A stretch of 24,000 bases of DNA from Terrisporobacter mayombei (GTDB lineage: Bacteria > Bacillota > Clostridia > Peptostreptococcales > Peptostreptococcaceae). Within the stretch, counting starts at the first letter, position 1; each line of letters starts with the position of its first letter. The stretch lies in NCBI RefSeq assembly GCF_031202285.1, contig NZ_CP101637.1; one strand, given 5' to 3'. The notes below the pieces were generated by a model that saw only the letters and a list, made by a program, of their open reading frames with translations, did no database searches and was not told where the DNA came from. Shown piece by piece: positions 16,310 to 24,000 of the stretch. Both the position numbers and the translations under genes were made by a program.

Positions 16310-16462
16310 ACATATTGAAAATATTGCAAGCTTAAGGAGATTAATAGGCAAATTTAAAATTTTGAAGAAAATTAACGTTCAAAATAGAGCCATTAATAAA
16401 AATATAATTTATATACCGTTTTATATAAATTTATACATCATGTAAAGAGAAAGGAAATTATT

Positions 16463-17278
16463 ATGTTAGATTTAACAGTAATATCTAATAATATTAGAAA
16501 GAATATAGTAGAAATGATTTATGAAGCAAATTCAGGTCATCCAGGAGGATCATTATCAGCAGTAGAAATATTGACGTATTTATATTTCAAAGAAATGAAC
16601 GTAGAAGCCAATAATCCGAAGAAACAAGATAGAGATAGATTTGTGTTAAGTAAAGGCCATGCAGCACCTGTACTTTATGCTACATTAGCAGAAAAATGTT
16701 TTTTTGATAAAAAATTATTAAAAAGCTTAAGAAAGCTAAACTCCCCACTGCAAGGTCATCCAGATAGTAAAAAATTATCTGGTATAGATATTTCAACGGG
16801 ATCTTTAGGACAAGGTATATCTAATGCGGTAGGACTAGGGATAGGAATGAAAATGGATGCTAGTAACTCAAGAGTATATTGTTTATTAGGGGATGGAGAA
16901 GTACAAGAAGGACTTGTTTGGGAAGCCTTTATGGCAGCAGCTCACTATAAACTAGATAATTTAGTTGTAATAATAGATAACAATGGACTTCAGATAGATG
17001 GAAAAAATGAAGATGTTTTAAATATAAATAACTTAAAGAAAAAACTAGAAGCATTTAACTTTAATACTATAGAAATAGATGGACATTCATTTTTTGAAAT
17101 AGAAAAAGCATTAAATGTTGCTAGGGAAACAAAGGGGTTTCCTACTGCGATAATAGCTAAAACAGTAAAAGGAAAAGGTGTTTCATTTATGGAAAATGAA
17201 GCAGGGTGGCATGGGAATGCTCCAAGTCTAGAACAAAGAAATAAAGCATTAAAAGAGTTAGAGAATAAGGAGGTATAA
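16463..17278 (+). CDS. Transketolase, N-terminal (thiamine-diphosphate-binding) subunit
   Basis: Motifs SGHPGGSLS, SKGHAAP, LGDGEVQEG...IIDNNG (ThDP motif). 271 aa, split-type transketolase. Confidence 0.9.
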   Translation: MLDLTVISNNIRKNIVEMIYEANSGHPGGSLSAVEILTYLYFKEMNVEANNPKKQDRDRFVLSKGHAAPVLYATLAEKCFFDKKLLKSLRKLNSPLQGHPDSKKLSGIDISTGSLGQGISNAVGLGIGMKMDASNSRVYCLLGDGEVQEGLVWEAFMAAAHYKLDNLVVIIDNNGLQIDGKNEDVLNINNLKKKLEAFNFNTIEIDGHSFFEIEKALNVARETKGFPTAIIAKTVKGKGVSFMENEAGWHGNAPSLEQRNKALKELENKEV

Positions 17279-17284
17279 ATACAT

Positions 17285-18211
17285 ATGGGAATAGCAACTA
17301 GAGAAGCATACGGAAAAGCATTAGTTTCACTTGGAAGAGAGAATAAAGATATAGTTGTTTTAGATGCAGACCTTTCAAAGTCAACTAAAACAGCAGATTT
17401 TGCCAAAGAAAATAAAGATAGATTTATAAATGTAGGAATAGCAGAGCAAAATTTAATGGGGATGGCTGCAGGGCTTGCATCATATGGGAAAATACCATTT
17501 GCTAGTACATTTGCAGTATTTGCTAGCGGAAGAGCTTTTGAAATAATAAGAAATTCAATATGTTATCAAAACTTAAATGTAAATATAGCAGCAACACATG
17601 CAGGAATAACTGTAGGAGAAGACGGTGGCTCACACCAATCAGTAGAAGATATTGCAATAATGTCATCACTACCAAATATGACAGTAATAGTTCCAGCGGA
17701 TGAAACTGAGACTATGCAAGTTATAGAAAAAGCTACAAAAATAAATGGACCTGTATATATAAGACTAGGGAGGCTTGCAGCTGAAGACATATTCGATGAA
17801 ACTTATAAGTTTGAAATTGGAAAAGGAACACAAGTAAAAGATGGTAAAGATATAACAATCATTGCAACGGGGATTACTACTAATCTAGCAATGCAAGCAG
17901 CTAAAGAATTAGAAGAAGATATAAATGTAAGAGTAATACATATGCCAACTATAAAGCCGATAGATGAAGAAATAATAATAAAAGCAGGATGTGAAACTAA
18001 GGCTATAATAACAGTAGAGGAACATTCGGTAATAGGAGGACTTGGAGATAGGGTTTGTGCTGTGACGGCTGAAAAATCTCCAACAAAAGTTATAAAAATA
18101 GGAATAAAAGATATGTTTGGACAATCAGGAAAGCCAGATGAATTATTAGAGTATTATGGTTTAACGACTAAAAATATAAAGCAAGTTATAAAAGAGGAAT
18201 TTAACAAATAG
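17285..18211 (+). CDS. Transketolase, C-terminal (pyrimidine-binding/C-terminal domain) subunit
   Basis: Motifs FINVGIAEQN, GEDGGSHQ. 308 aa. Starts 6 nt after the N-terminal subunit's stop, with RBS AAGGAGG. Confidence 0.9.
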   Translation: MGIATREAYGKALVSLGRENKDIVVLDADLSKSTKTADFAKENKDRFINVGIAEQNLMGMAAGLASYGKIPFASTFAVFASGRAFEIIRNSICYQNLNVNIAATHAGITVGEDGGSHQSVEDIAIMSSLPNMTVIVPADETETMQVIEKATKINGPVYIRLGRLAAEDIFDETYKFEIGKGTQVKDGKDITIIATGITTNLAMQAAKELEEDINVRVIHMPTIKPIDEEIIIKAGCETKAIITVEEHSVIGGLGDRVCAVTAEKSPTKVIKIGIKDMFGQSGKPDELLEYYGLTTKNIKQVIKEEFNK

Positions 18212-18254
18212 TATCTATTAAAATTGCTATAAATTAAATATGAGGTATTATAAT

Positions 18255-19790
18255 ATGATTGGAAAGCTAAAAAAGCTACAAAATGGTGCGGATATTAGAG
18301 GAATTGCACTTGAAAATAATGATAAAGAAGTAAATTTGACAGCTCAAGAAATTTATTATATTGGACAAGGATTCATAAAATGGATAAAAGAAGAACAAAA
18401 TAATAGTAATCAATTGAAAATAGCAATAGGTATGGATTCGAGAATATCTGGTCCAAAATTAAAGAAGACTTTAATAGAGTCAATATCAAAAACAGGTTGT
18501 TTTGTATATGACTGTGATATTAGTACTACTCCAGCGATGTTCATGGCGACAGTATTAGAAAACTATGAGTGTGATGGTGCGGTCATGATAACAGCAAGTC
18601 ATCTACCTTATTACTATAATGGATTAAAATTTTTTACTAAAAAAGGTGGATGCGAAAACGAAGATATAAAAAGAATAATAGAGTTAGCTACGTATAAACA
18701 AACTAATGAATTTATAAGGAGTGGAAAGGTAGAAAAAGCTAATTTAATAGATGATTACTCAAATTACTTAGTTAAGTTCATAAGGAGGGATGTAAATTCA
18801 AAAACAAATTATTGTAAGCCTTTAAAAGGATTAAAAATAATAGTAGATGCAGGTAATGGATCTGGTGGATTTTTTGTAGATAAAGTACTTAAGCAATTAG
18901 GGGCATGTACAGATGGAAGTCAATTTCTTAATCCAGATGGATTATTCCCTAATCATATACCAAATCCGGAAAATAAAGAAGCTATGAAATCTATAAGAGA
19001 AGCTGTTATAAAAAATAATGCAGATTTAGGAATTATATTTGATACAGATGTAGATAGATCTGCTATTGTAGGAGATGATGGTCTAGAAATAAACAGGAAC
19101 TCATTAATAGCATTAATATCTGCAATAATTTTAGAGGATCATCCAAATAGCACAATTGTAACTGATTCAATAACATCAACAGGATTAAAAGAATTCATAG
19201 AATCTAAAGGTGGTGTGCATCATAGATTCAAAAGAGGTTATAAAAATGTAATAAATGAATCAAAAAGATTAAATTATGAAGGTATTGAATCTCACTTAGC
19301 TATAGAAACATCAGGACATGCTGCAGTTAAAGAAAATTATTTTTTAGATGATGGAGCATATTTAATATCTAAAATATTAGTGAAAATGGCACAATTTCAT
19401 GAAGAAGGAAGGAAAGTAACAGACCTGATATCTTCATTAAAAAAAGCAAAAGAAAGTAAAGAAGTTAGAATAGGAATAAATAAAAATGACTTTAAAACAT
19501 ATGGAGAAACTGTAATAAGTGAATTAGAGGCATATGTAAATGAAGTCGAAGGATGGTATTTATCAGAAAATAACTATGAAGGAATAAAAGTATTCTGTAA
19601 AGAAAATAGAGGAAATGGATGGTTCTTATTAAGGATATCACTACATGAACCATTATTACCATTAAATATAGAATCGAATGAAATAGGCGGAATAGACAAG
19701 ATAATATCTAATTTACTTCCATATTTAGGTAAATATACAGACTTAAATATAGATAAATTAAAATTAAATAAAATAGATACTAATAATTAG
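18255..19790 (+). CDS. Alpha-D-phosphohexomutase family protein (PGM/PMM-like) with variant catalytic motifs
   Basis: Active-site loop ITASHLPYYYNGLKF (SHLP rather than SHNP), Mg loop FDTDVDRSA, sugar loop IETSGH, phosphate loop RISLHEP. Start placed at ATG 18255 (MIGKLKK), preceded by TGAGGT. Confidence 0.85.
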   Translation: MIGKLKKLQNGADIRGIALENNDKEVNLTAQEIYYIGQGFIKWIKEEQNNSNQLKIAIGMDSRISGPKLKKTLIESISKTGCFVYDCDISTTPAMFMATVLENYECDGAVMITASHLPYYYNGLKFFTKKGGCENEDIKRIIELATYKQTNEFIRSGKVEKANLIDDYSNYLVKFIRRDVNSKTNYCKPLKGLKIIVDAGNGSGGFFVDKVLKQLGACTDGSQFLNPDGLFPNHIPNPENKEAMKSIREAVIKNNADLGIIFDTDVDRSAIVGDDGLEINRNSLIALISAIILEDHPNSTIVTDSITSTGLKEFIESKGGVHHRFKRGYKNVINESKRLNYEGIESHLAIETSGHAAVKENYFLDDGAYLISKILVKMAQFHEEGRKVTDLISSLKKAKESKEVRIGINKNDFKTYGETVISELEAYVNEVEGWYLSENNYEGIKVFCKENRGNGWFLLRISLHEPLLPLNIESNEIGGIDKIISNLLPYLGKYTDLNIDKLKLNKIDTNN

Positions 19791-20019
19791 ATTACAAGTA
19801 GTAGAAGAGATAGACAATCGGATTCTTAGAAGCTGTAGTATACTTATATTTATGATATAAATGAAAACCAGATAAGAGAATTAGACAGTGTAACAAACGA
19901 AGTAAAATGCTGCATTTATGATGCAGCAAATCGCATGGATAATGCTATGTTCACAAAATCTTGAACAGTAATATTGAAACACCAAACATTTATAACCAAA
20001 TATGGTAAGAGGTCTGTAA

Positions 20020-20056
20020 AGAGATGTTAGATAAAAACTAACATCTCTACTTTTTT
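20020..20056 (+). terminator. Rho-independent terminator
   Basis: Perfect 11-bp stem AGAGATGTTAG (20020-20030), loop ATAAAAA, CTAACATCTCT (20038-20048), then ACTTTTTT. Confidence 0.8.
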
Positions 20057-20091
20057 ATGGTATTATAAGAAGAAGACAGGAGTGAGACATT

Positions 20092-20988
20092 TTGAAATTA
20101 CAAAAACCAGGAATGAGAAATATAAAAACAGGTATAGGAGTTATGATATGCGTACTAATTGGGAAAATGAATGTAATAGATAGTACTTTTTATGCAGCAA
20201 TAGCTTGTATTGTTTCCATGCAAACAACTGTTAAAAGCTCGTTAACAGTAGGTTTAAATAGATTAAAAGGGACATTTATTGGTGGTTTAATAGGATTTCT
20301 ATTTGTACTTATTCATCCAGGTGATCCAATAATATCTTGTTTAGGAATAATCACAACTATCTATATTTGTAATATTTTAAAAATAAATAAATCTATAACT
20401 ATTGCTTGCGTTGTATATTGTGCAATCAACTTAAATATAGGTGATGCAAACCCAATAGTGTACTCTTTATTTAGAATTTTAGACACATCTATAGGAGTAA
20501 TTGTAGGAGTGGCTGTAAATTATTTTATATTTAGACCAGACTATTTAGAAAGTATATATAAAGAAATTAGAATTATTGAGGAAACATCAATTAAACTACT
20601 AAAGAGTGAAATAGAAAAAGGTGAACACGCAGATATTTCATCTTTAAAAAATGAAATTACAAGATTAGAAGGATTGTACAAAAACTTTTTAGAAGAATTA
20701 GAGTATAGTAATGAAGAAGTTGAGAATAATGAAATTAACAATACTATAAAAAGATGCAAACAGATTTACTTACATCTTCAAGTTCTAGAGCAAATGAAGG
20801 ATAAATGTTATCTAAATAAGGAAAACTATATTAAATCTAAAAGTATATATGATACTTTATCTAAAGATATTGAAATAAAAAATAATACAAGTGCTGTTTA
20901 TAACTATCACATTAGTTCCATAATTGACAATATAAATGAAATACATGAAATTGATGAAAATCATAATAATAATGAAAGTGATTTATAG
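20092..20988 (+). CDS. Aromatic acid exporter (ArAE)/FUSC-like family membrane protein (UPF0421/YgaE-like)
   Basis: N-terminal pattern MKL...RNIKTGIGV followed by 4-5 TM helices and a C-terminal coiled-coil-like soluble domain, as in B. subtilis YgaE-type proteins. TTG start 9 nt after AGGAG. ATG 20113 is an alternative start. Confidence 0.7.
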   Translation: MKLQKPGMRNIKTGIGVMICVLIGKMNVIDSTFYAAIACIVSMQTTVKSSLTVGLNRLKGTFIGGLIGFLFVLIHPGDPIISCLGIITTIYICNILKINKSITIACVVYCAINLNIGDANPIVYSLFRILDTSIGVIVGVAVNYFIFRPDYLESIYKEIRIIEETSIKLLKSEIEKGEHADISSLKNEITRLEGLYKNFLEELEYSNEEVENNEINNTIKRCKQIYLHLQVLEQMKDKCYLNKENYIKSKSIYDTLSKDIEIKNNTSAVYNYHISSIIDNINEIHEIDENHNNNESDL

Positions 20989-21114
20989 ATAAGGGTTTAA
21001 TATATATAAAAAAAATTAAAAAACGCTTAAAATAAAGATAACTCATAATATTTTTTTTTTAGTGTTATAATTACTTTGTCAGCATAATCAATATTTAGAC
21101 AGGGGGAAGAAATT

Positions 21115-22200
21115 ATGAATTTCGAAATGCCAAAATATACTCATCCAAATTTTCAAAAAGAAAAATTTGAAAATGCGCCAGATGCAAAATATGTATTAGT
21201 GGAAAAAGATAGAGTTGCACCTGACAACTACCATGCAATGTCTATTTTTCCGGAGTACTTTAAAGTTGAGGGTGAATGGAAATTAGCTAAAGAATCAAGA
21301 ATGGACTGTGTTGCAAGACTAACAGAGGATAAAGAAATAGAGGTAGTAGAATTTAGACATTTAAAAGTTGGAGATAAAATTATTGTTGGAAGAACTGAAG
21401 ATGGTAGTGAGGGAATATATTTACACACAACAGGTTTTGAAGAAGAAAAAGTTGAAGAAGAAGCTTTTGCTTTTAGAGGAAGTAGATCAAGAGAAACTTC
21501 TCAAACTATGGACTACGATCAACTAATTGAACTTTTAAAACATGAAAAAGAAAATGGATATGTAGTTTGGGTAATGGGACCAGCAGCAGTATTTTCTAAG
21601 GGCGCTAGAGATTCATTAACAAAATTAATAAATAATGGATATGTAGATGCTTTCTTAGGTGGAAATGCAGTTGCAACTCATGACTTAGAAGCAGGAGTAT
21701 ATAATACAGCATTAGGACAAGATATATATACTCAATGTTCTATAAAAGATGGTCATTATCATCACCTAGATTTATTAAATAAAGCAAGAAAATATGGTAC
21801 AATAGAAAAACTTATAGAAGAAGAAAATATAACATCAGGATTAATTTACTCTTGTGTAAAGAATAATGTGCCTATTGTACTTGGAGGGTCTATAAGAGAT
21901 GATGGTCCACTCCCTATAGTAATAGCAGATGTATATGAAGCTCAAGAGCAAATGAGAAATCAAGTAAGAAAAGCTACAACTGTAATTTGTATGGCAACTC
22001 AATTACACACAATTGCTACAGGAAACATGACACCATCATATAGAGTTGTTAATGATGAAGTAAGACCAACATACTTCTATACAGTAGATACTTCAGAATT
22101 TGCTGTTAACAAGTTAAAAGATAGAGGAAGCTTAAGCGTTAGAACAATGATATCAAATGCACAAGATTTCTTACAAAGATTAGCTGATAATTTAGAATAG
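21115..22200 (+). CDS. TIGR00300 / LOR-SDH-like family protein (possibly an NAD-dependent ornithine-cyclodeaminase-type enzyme)
   Basis: 361-aa ORF with RBS GGGGGAAG. Segments APDNYHAMSIFPEYF, GGNAVATHDLE and GGSIRDDGPLP fit my recollection of the TIGR00300 family. The functional call is tentative. Confidence 0.6.
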   Translation: MNFEMPKYTHPNFQKEKFENAPDAKYVLVEKDRVAPDNYHAMSIFPEYFKVEGEWKLAKESRMDCVARLTEDKEIEVVEFRHLKVGDKIIVGRTEDGSEGIYLHTTGFEEEKVEEEAFAFRGSRSRETSQTMDYDQLIELLKHEKENGYVVWVMGPAAVFSKGARDSLTKLINNGYVDAFLGGNAVATHDLEAGVYNTALGQDIYTQCSIKDGHYHHLDLLNKARKYGTIEKLIEEENITSGLIYSCVKNNVPIVLGGSIRDDGPLPIVIADVYEAQEQMRNQVRKATTVICMATQLHTIATGNMTPSYRVVNDEVRPTYFYTVDTSEFAVNKLKDRGSLSVRTMISNAQDFLQRLADNLE

Positions 22201-22203
22201 ATT

Positions 22204-22238
22204 AAAAAACTGCTTTAATTTTTTAAAGCAGTTTTTTT
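22204..22238 (+). terminator. Rho-independent terminator
   Basis: AAAAACTGCTTTAA / TTAAAGCAGTTTTT stem with a TTTT loop, followed by a T-run. Confidence 0.85.
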
Positions 22239-22286
22239 ATTATTTCAAAAAATATGGCGAAGGCCTCTCATATTGTATACAATTCT

Positions 22287-22337
22287 ATTAATATAAAAAG
22301 AAAAGAAATATTTAACTCAATGCACATAGTTTGGTAG
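22287..22337 (+). pseudogene. 3' remnant of the ACT-domain UPF0237 gene that normally precedes UPF0210 genes
   Basis: Translation INIKRKEIFNSMHIVW-stop ends 6 nt before the UPF0210 start. It resembles the conserved C-terminus of UPF0237 ACT proteins (..Q.EDIFNAMHRI). The rest of that roughly 90-aa gene is missing. Confidence 0.45.
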
Positions 22338-22343
22338 GTTTTT

Positions 22344-23530
22344 ATGAATATAAATAATATATTAGAAACCATAAGAATGATTGAAGAAGAAAAATTAGAT
22401 ATAAGAACTATTACTATGGGTATATCATTGCTAGACTGTATAGACTCTGATGGAGAAAAGTGCAGAGCTAATATTTATAGAAAAATAATGAGCTGTGCAA
22501 AGGATTTAGTTAAAGTAGGAAAAGAAATTGAAAATGAGTTTGGCATACCTATTGTAAATAAAAGAGTATCAGTAACACCAATCTCAATAATAGCAGGAGC
22601 TACAAATGATGAAGATTATGTAGAATTTGCTAAAACGTTAGATAAAGCAACGGAAAATTTGGGAATTGATTTTATAGGAGGATTTTCAGCATTAGTTGAA
22701 AAGGGTTGTACAAAGGGAGATGAAATTTTAATTAAATCTATTCCTAAGGCATTAGCTTATACTAACAAAGTTTGTTCATCTGTAAATGTTGGATCAACTA
22801 GAGGTGGATTAAACATGAATGCAATAAAAAATATGGGAAAAATCATAAGAGAAATGGCTGAACCTACAAAAGATGCAAAGGGATTTGGATGTGCCAAGTT
22901 AGTTGTATTTTGTAACTCAGTAGGAGACAATCCATTTATGGCTGGAGCTTATCATGGTATAGGTGAAGCTGATGTAGTTATAAATGTGGGTGTAAGCGGA
23001 CCTGGTTACAAAGAGCTTTGGAAAAAGTAAGAGTAGAATCTTTTGATGTGGTGGCACATACTATAAAAAATACAGCATTTAAAGTAACAAAAATGGGTTA
23101 ATTAGTTGGCCAAGAAGCATCAAAAAGATTAGGAGTACCTTTTGGAATAGTGGATTTATCTCTAGCTCCAACACCTGCAATCGGTGATTCAGTAGCAAAT
23201 ATTTTAGAATAAATGGGACTTGAAACTGTAGGAACCCACGGTACTACAGCAGCACTTGCTCTTTTAAATGATGCAGTAAAAAAAGGTGTAGTAATGGCAT
23301 GTTCTAGAGTTGGTGGCCTTAGTGGAGCGCTTATACCAGTATCTGAAGATGCAGGAATGATTGATGGAGTAATAAAAGGATCTTTAAATTTAGAAAAGTT
23401 AGAAGCAATGACTGCAGTATGTTCAGTAGGATTAGATATGATAGCAGGTGAGGCTGCCATAGGAATGATGAATAATAAAAAAACTGCAGTAAGAATAATT
23501 CCAGCCCCAATACATTCTTTTAAAAACTAA
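22344..23530 (+). pseudogene. UPF0210/DUF711-family gene inactivated by a frameshift, two in-frame stops and apparent deletions
   Basis: The first 228 codons ([27 protein letters not shown] ... NVGVSGPG) are family-typical. Homology continues in the frame of 23006 ([98 protein letters not shown]...). Readable length is about 395 codons against about 450 in intact members. Confidence 0.8.
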
Positions 23531-23556
23531 TAGGCAATTAGCCTATTAGTTTTTTT
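23527..23556 (+). terminator. Rho-independent terminator
   Basis: Perfect 9-bp stem CTAATAGGC (23527-23535), loop AATTA, GCCTATTAG (23541-23549), followed by TTTTTTT. Confidence 0.85.
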
Positions 23557-23777
23557 GTTATTAATAAAATATTTTGCTTTATATTATATAAAAAAAATTG
23601 AACATGTAATTTTTTTGATTTGTTGTTATTATGTTAATAAAAAAGGTACAATAAGTATGGAGTATGATGTAAGGCTTTAATAAAAAATAATTTTTAATGT
23701 ATAATTAAAATGATATTGAAAATTTTTTCTTATATATTATACTTATTATGTGAATTAGACAATAAAGGAGACTTATA

Positions 23778-24000
23778 GTGAATAAATTAAAATATACATT
23801 AATTCTTTTAACAATTTTAATATGTATATTGCCTAAAAATATATATGCATCTAAAATGATGAATTTTGAAAATCTAACAATAGAAAATGGATTATCTCAA
23901 GCAACAGCAGAAACCATAATTCAAGATAGTAAAGGGTATATATGGATAGGTACAAATGATGGGTTGAACAGATATAATGGAACAGATATAAAAGTTTTTA
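23778..24000 (+). CDS. Signal-peptide/TM-anchored protein with two-component-regulator propeller (Reg_prop) repeats; likely a sensor kinase or cyclase (5' part; runs off the right window edge)
   Basis: GTG start preceded by AAAGGAGA. VNKLKYTLILLTILICILPKNIYA is signal-like. NGLSQATAETIIQDSKGYIWIGTNDGLNRYNG matches the Reg_prop repeat consensus. Confidence 0.65.
   Translation, partial: MNKLKYTLILLTILICILPKNIYASKMMNFENLTIENGLSQATAETIIQDSKGYIWIGTNDGLNRYNGTDIKVF

Noticed and set aside
16990-17406. 138-aa minus-strand ORF spanning the transketolase subunit junction
   Set aside because: It is antisense to two strongly supported transketolase CDS, with no RBS and low-complexity Ser/Phe-rich translation. 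It is a shadow ORF.
3926-18254. Longer N-termini given by the ORF track (3926, 4546, 7503, 10329, 18240)
   Set aside because: In each case an internal ATG has a well-spaced GGAGG-like RBS and yields a family-typical N-terminus. The track starts overlap or abut the RBS. Starts were moved to 3977, 4609, 7488, 10338 and 18255.
19791-20091. T-box or other known riboswitch class in the long spacer
   Set aside because: There is no T-box sequence (GGTGGTACCGCG-like), no specifier-loop architecture, and no recognisable cores of other known riboswitch classes. It is kept only as an unexplained non-coding region.
21051-21060. T10 homopolymer just upstream of a TGTTATAAT extended -10: possible phase-variable promoter
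   Set aside because: Poly-T or poly-A runs of this length are common in ~28% GC genomes, and there is no recognisable -35 whose spacing would be modulated. There is no evidence of variability from a single sequence.
2352-21428. Other short antisense or alternative-frame track ORFs (2352-2555, 4219-4500, 7572-7760, 7919-8128, 9202-9498, 9643-9852, 17566-17790, 17909-18124, 20541-20759, 21228-21428)
   Set aside because: All are nested within or opposite better-supported CDS. They lack Shine-Dalgarno sequences and translate to low-complexity, AT-codon-driven peptides.
23098-23460. 120-aa minus-strand ORF rich in Ala/Pro/Ser
   Set aside because: It lies antisense to the clearly homologous UPF0210 reading frame. 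It is a shadow ORF of the plus-strand pseudogene, with no RBS and low-complexity composition.
1-24000. CRISPR arrays, IS elements/transposases, integrases, prophage genes, tRNA/rRNA
   Set aside because: There are no regularly spaced direct repeats, no terminal inverted repeats flanking an ORF, no recombinase-like ORFs, and no GC-rich structured RNA gene islands. The only repeated units are the two RAT/terminator modules.

Overview
Low-GC (about 28-30% by eye) Clostridium-type chromosomal segment. It is densely coding. I found no rRNA, tRNA, CRISPR array, transposase or integrase. I support about 24 intact CDS, 3 decayed gene remnants, 12 rho-independent terminators and several regulatory sites. 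Left to right: DUF2871 membrane protein (partial), class I/II aminotransferase, membrane-anchored TPR/FIVAR protein, orphan NuoE-like 2Fe-2S protein, PgsA-type phosphatidyltransferase, a split DUF318-type permease, a membrane-anchored MutS-domain-V ATPase, a TipA/Mta-type MerR regulator, PduO-type corrinoid adenosyltransferase, Mrp/ApbC Fe-S carrier, a wecB 5' remnant, Bcp peroxiredoxin, the PTS operon described next, split transketolase, an atypical phosphohexomutase, an ArAE/FUSC-like membrane protein, a TIGR00300-type protein, a decayed UPF0237/UPF0210 locus, and the start of a Reg_prop sensor protein. The most interesting block is 10.97-16.31 kb. It is a PTS operon under double RAT/terminator antitermination control and encodes a BglG/LicT-family antiterminator, a MalX-like EIICB, a MalY-like PLP C-S lyase, a CBS-less KdsD/GutQ-type SIS protein (arabinose-5-phosphate isomerase type) and an EIIA(Glc). 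No glycoside hydrolase is present. The gene set resembles, from memory, the E. coli CFT073 c3405-c3410 island operon, whose carbohydrate substrate is unknown. Other points worth a second look: the MutS-like membrane ATPase, a GC-core motif shared by two promoter regions next to Fe-S genes, three independent gene-decay events, and a 300-bp unexplained non-coding spacer. All homology statements come from motif recognition by eye and memory, not from searches.
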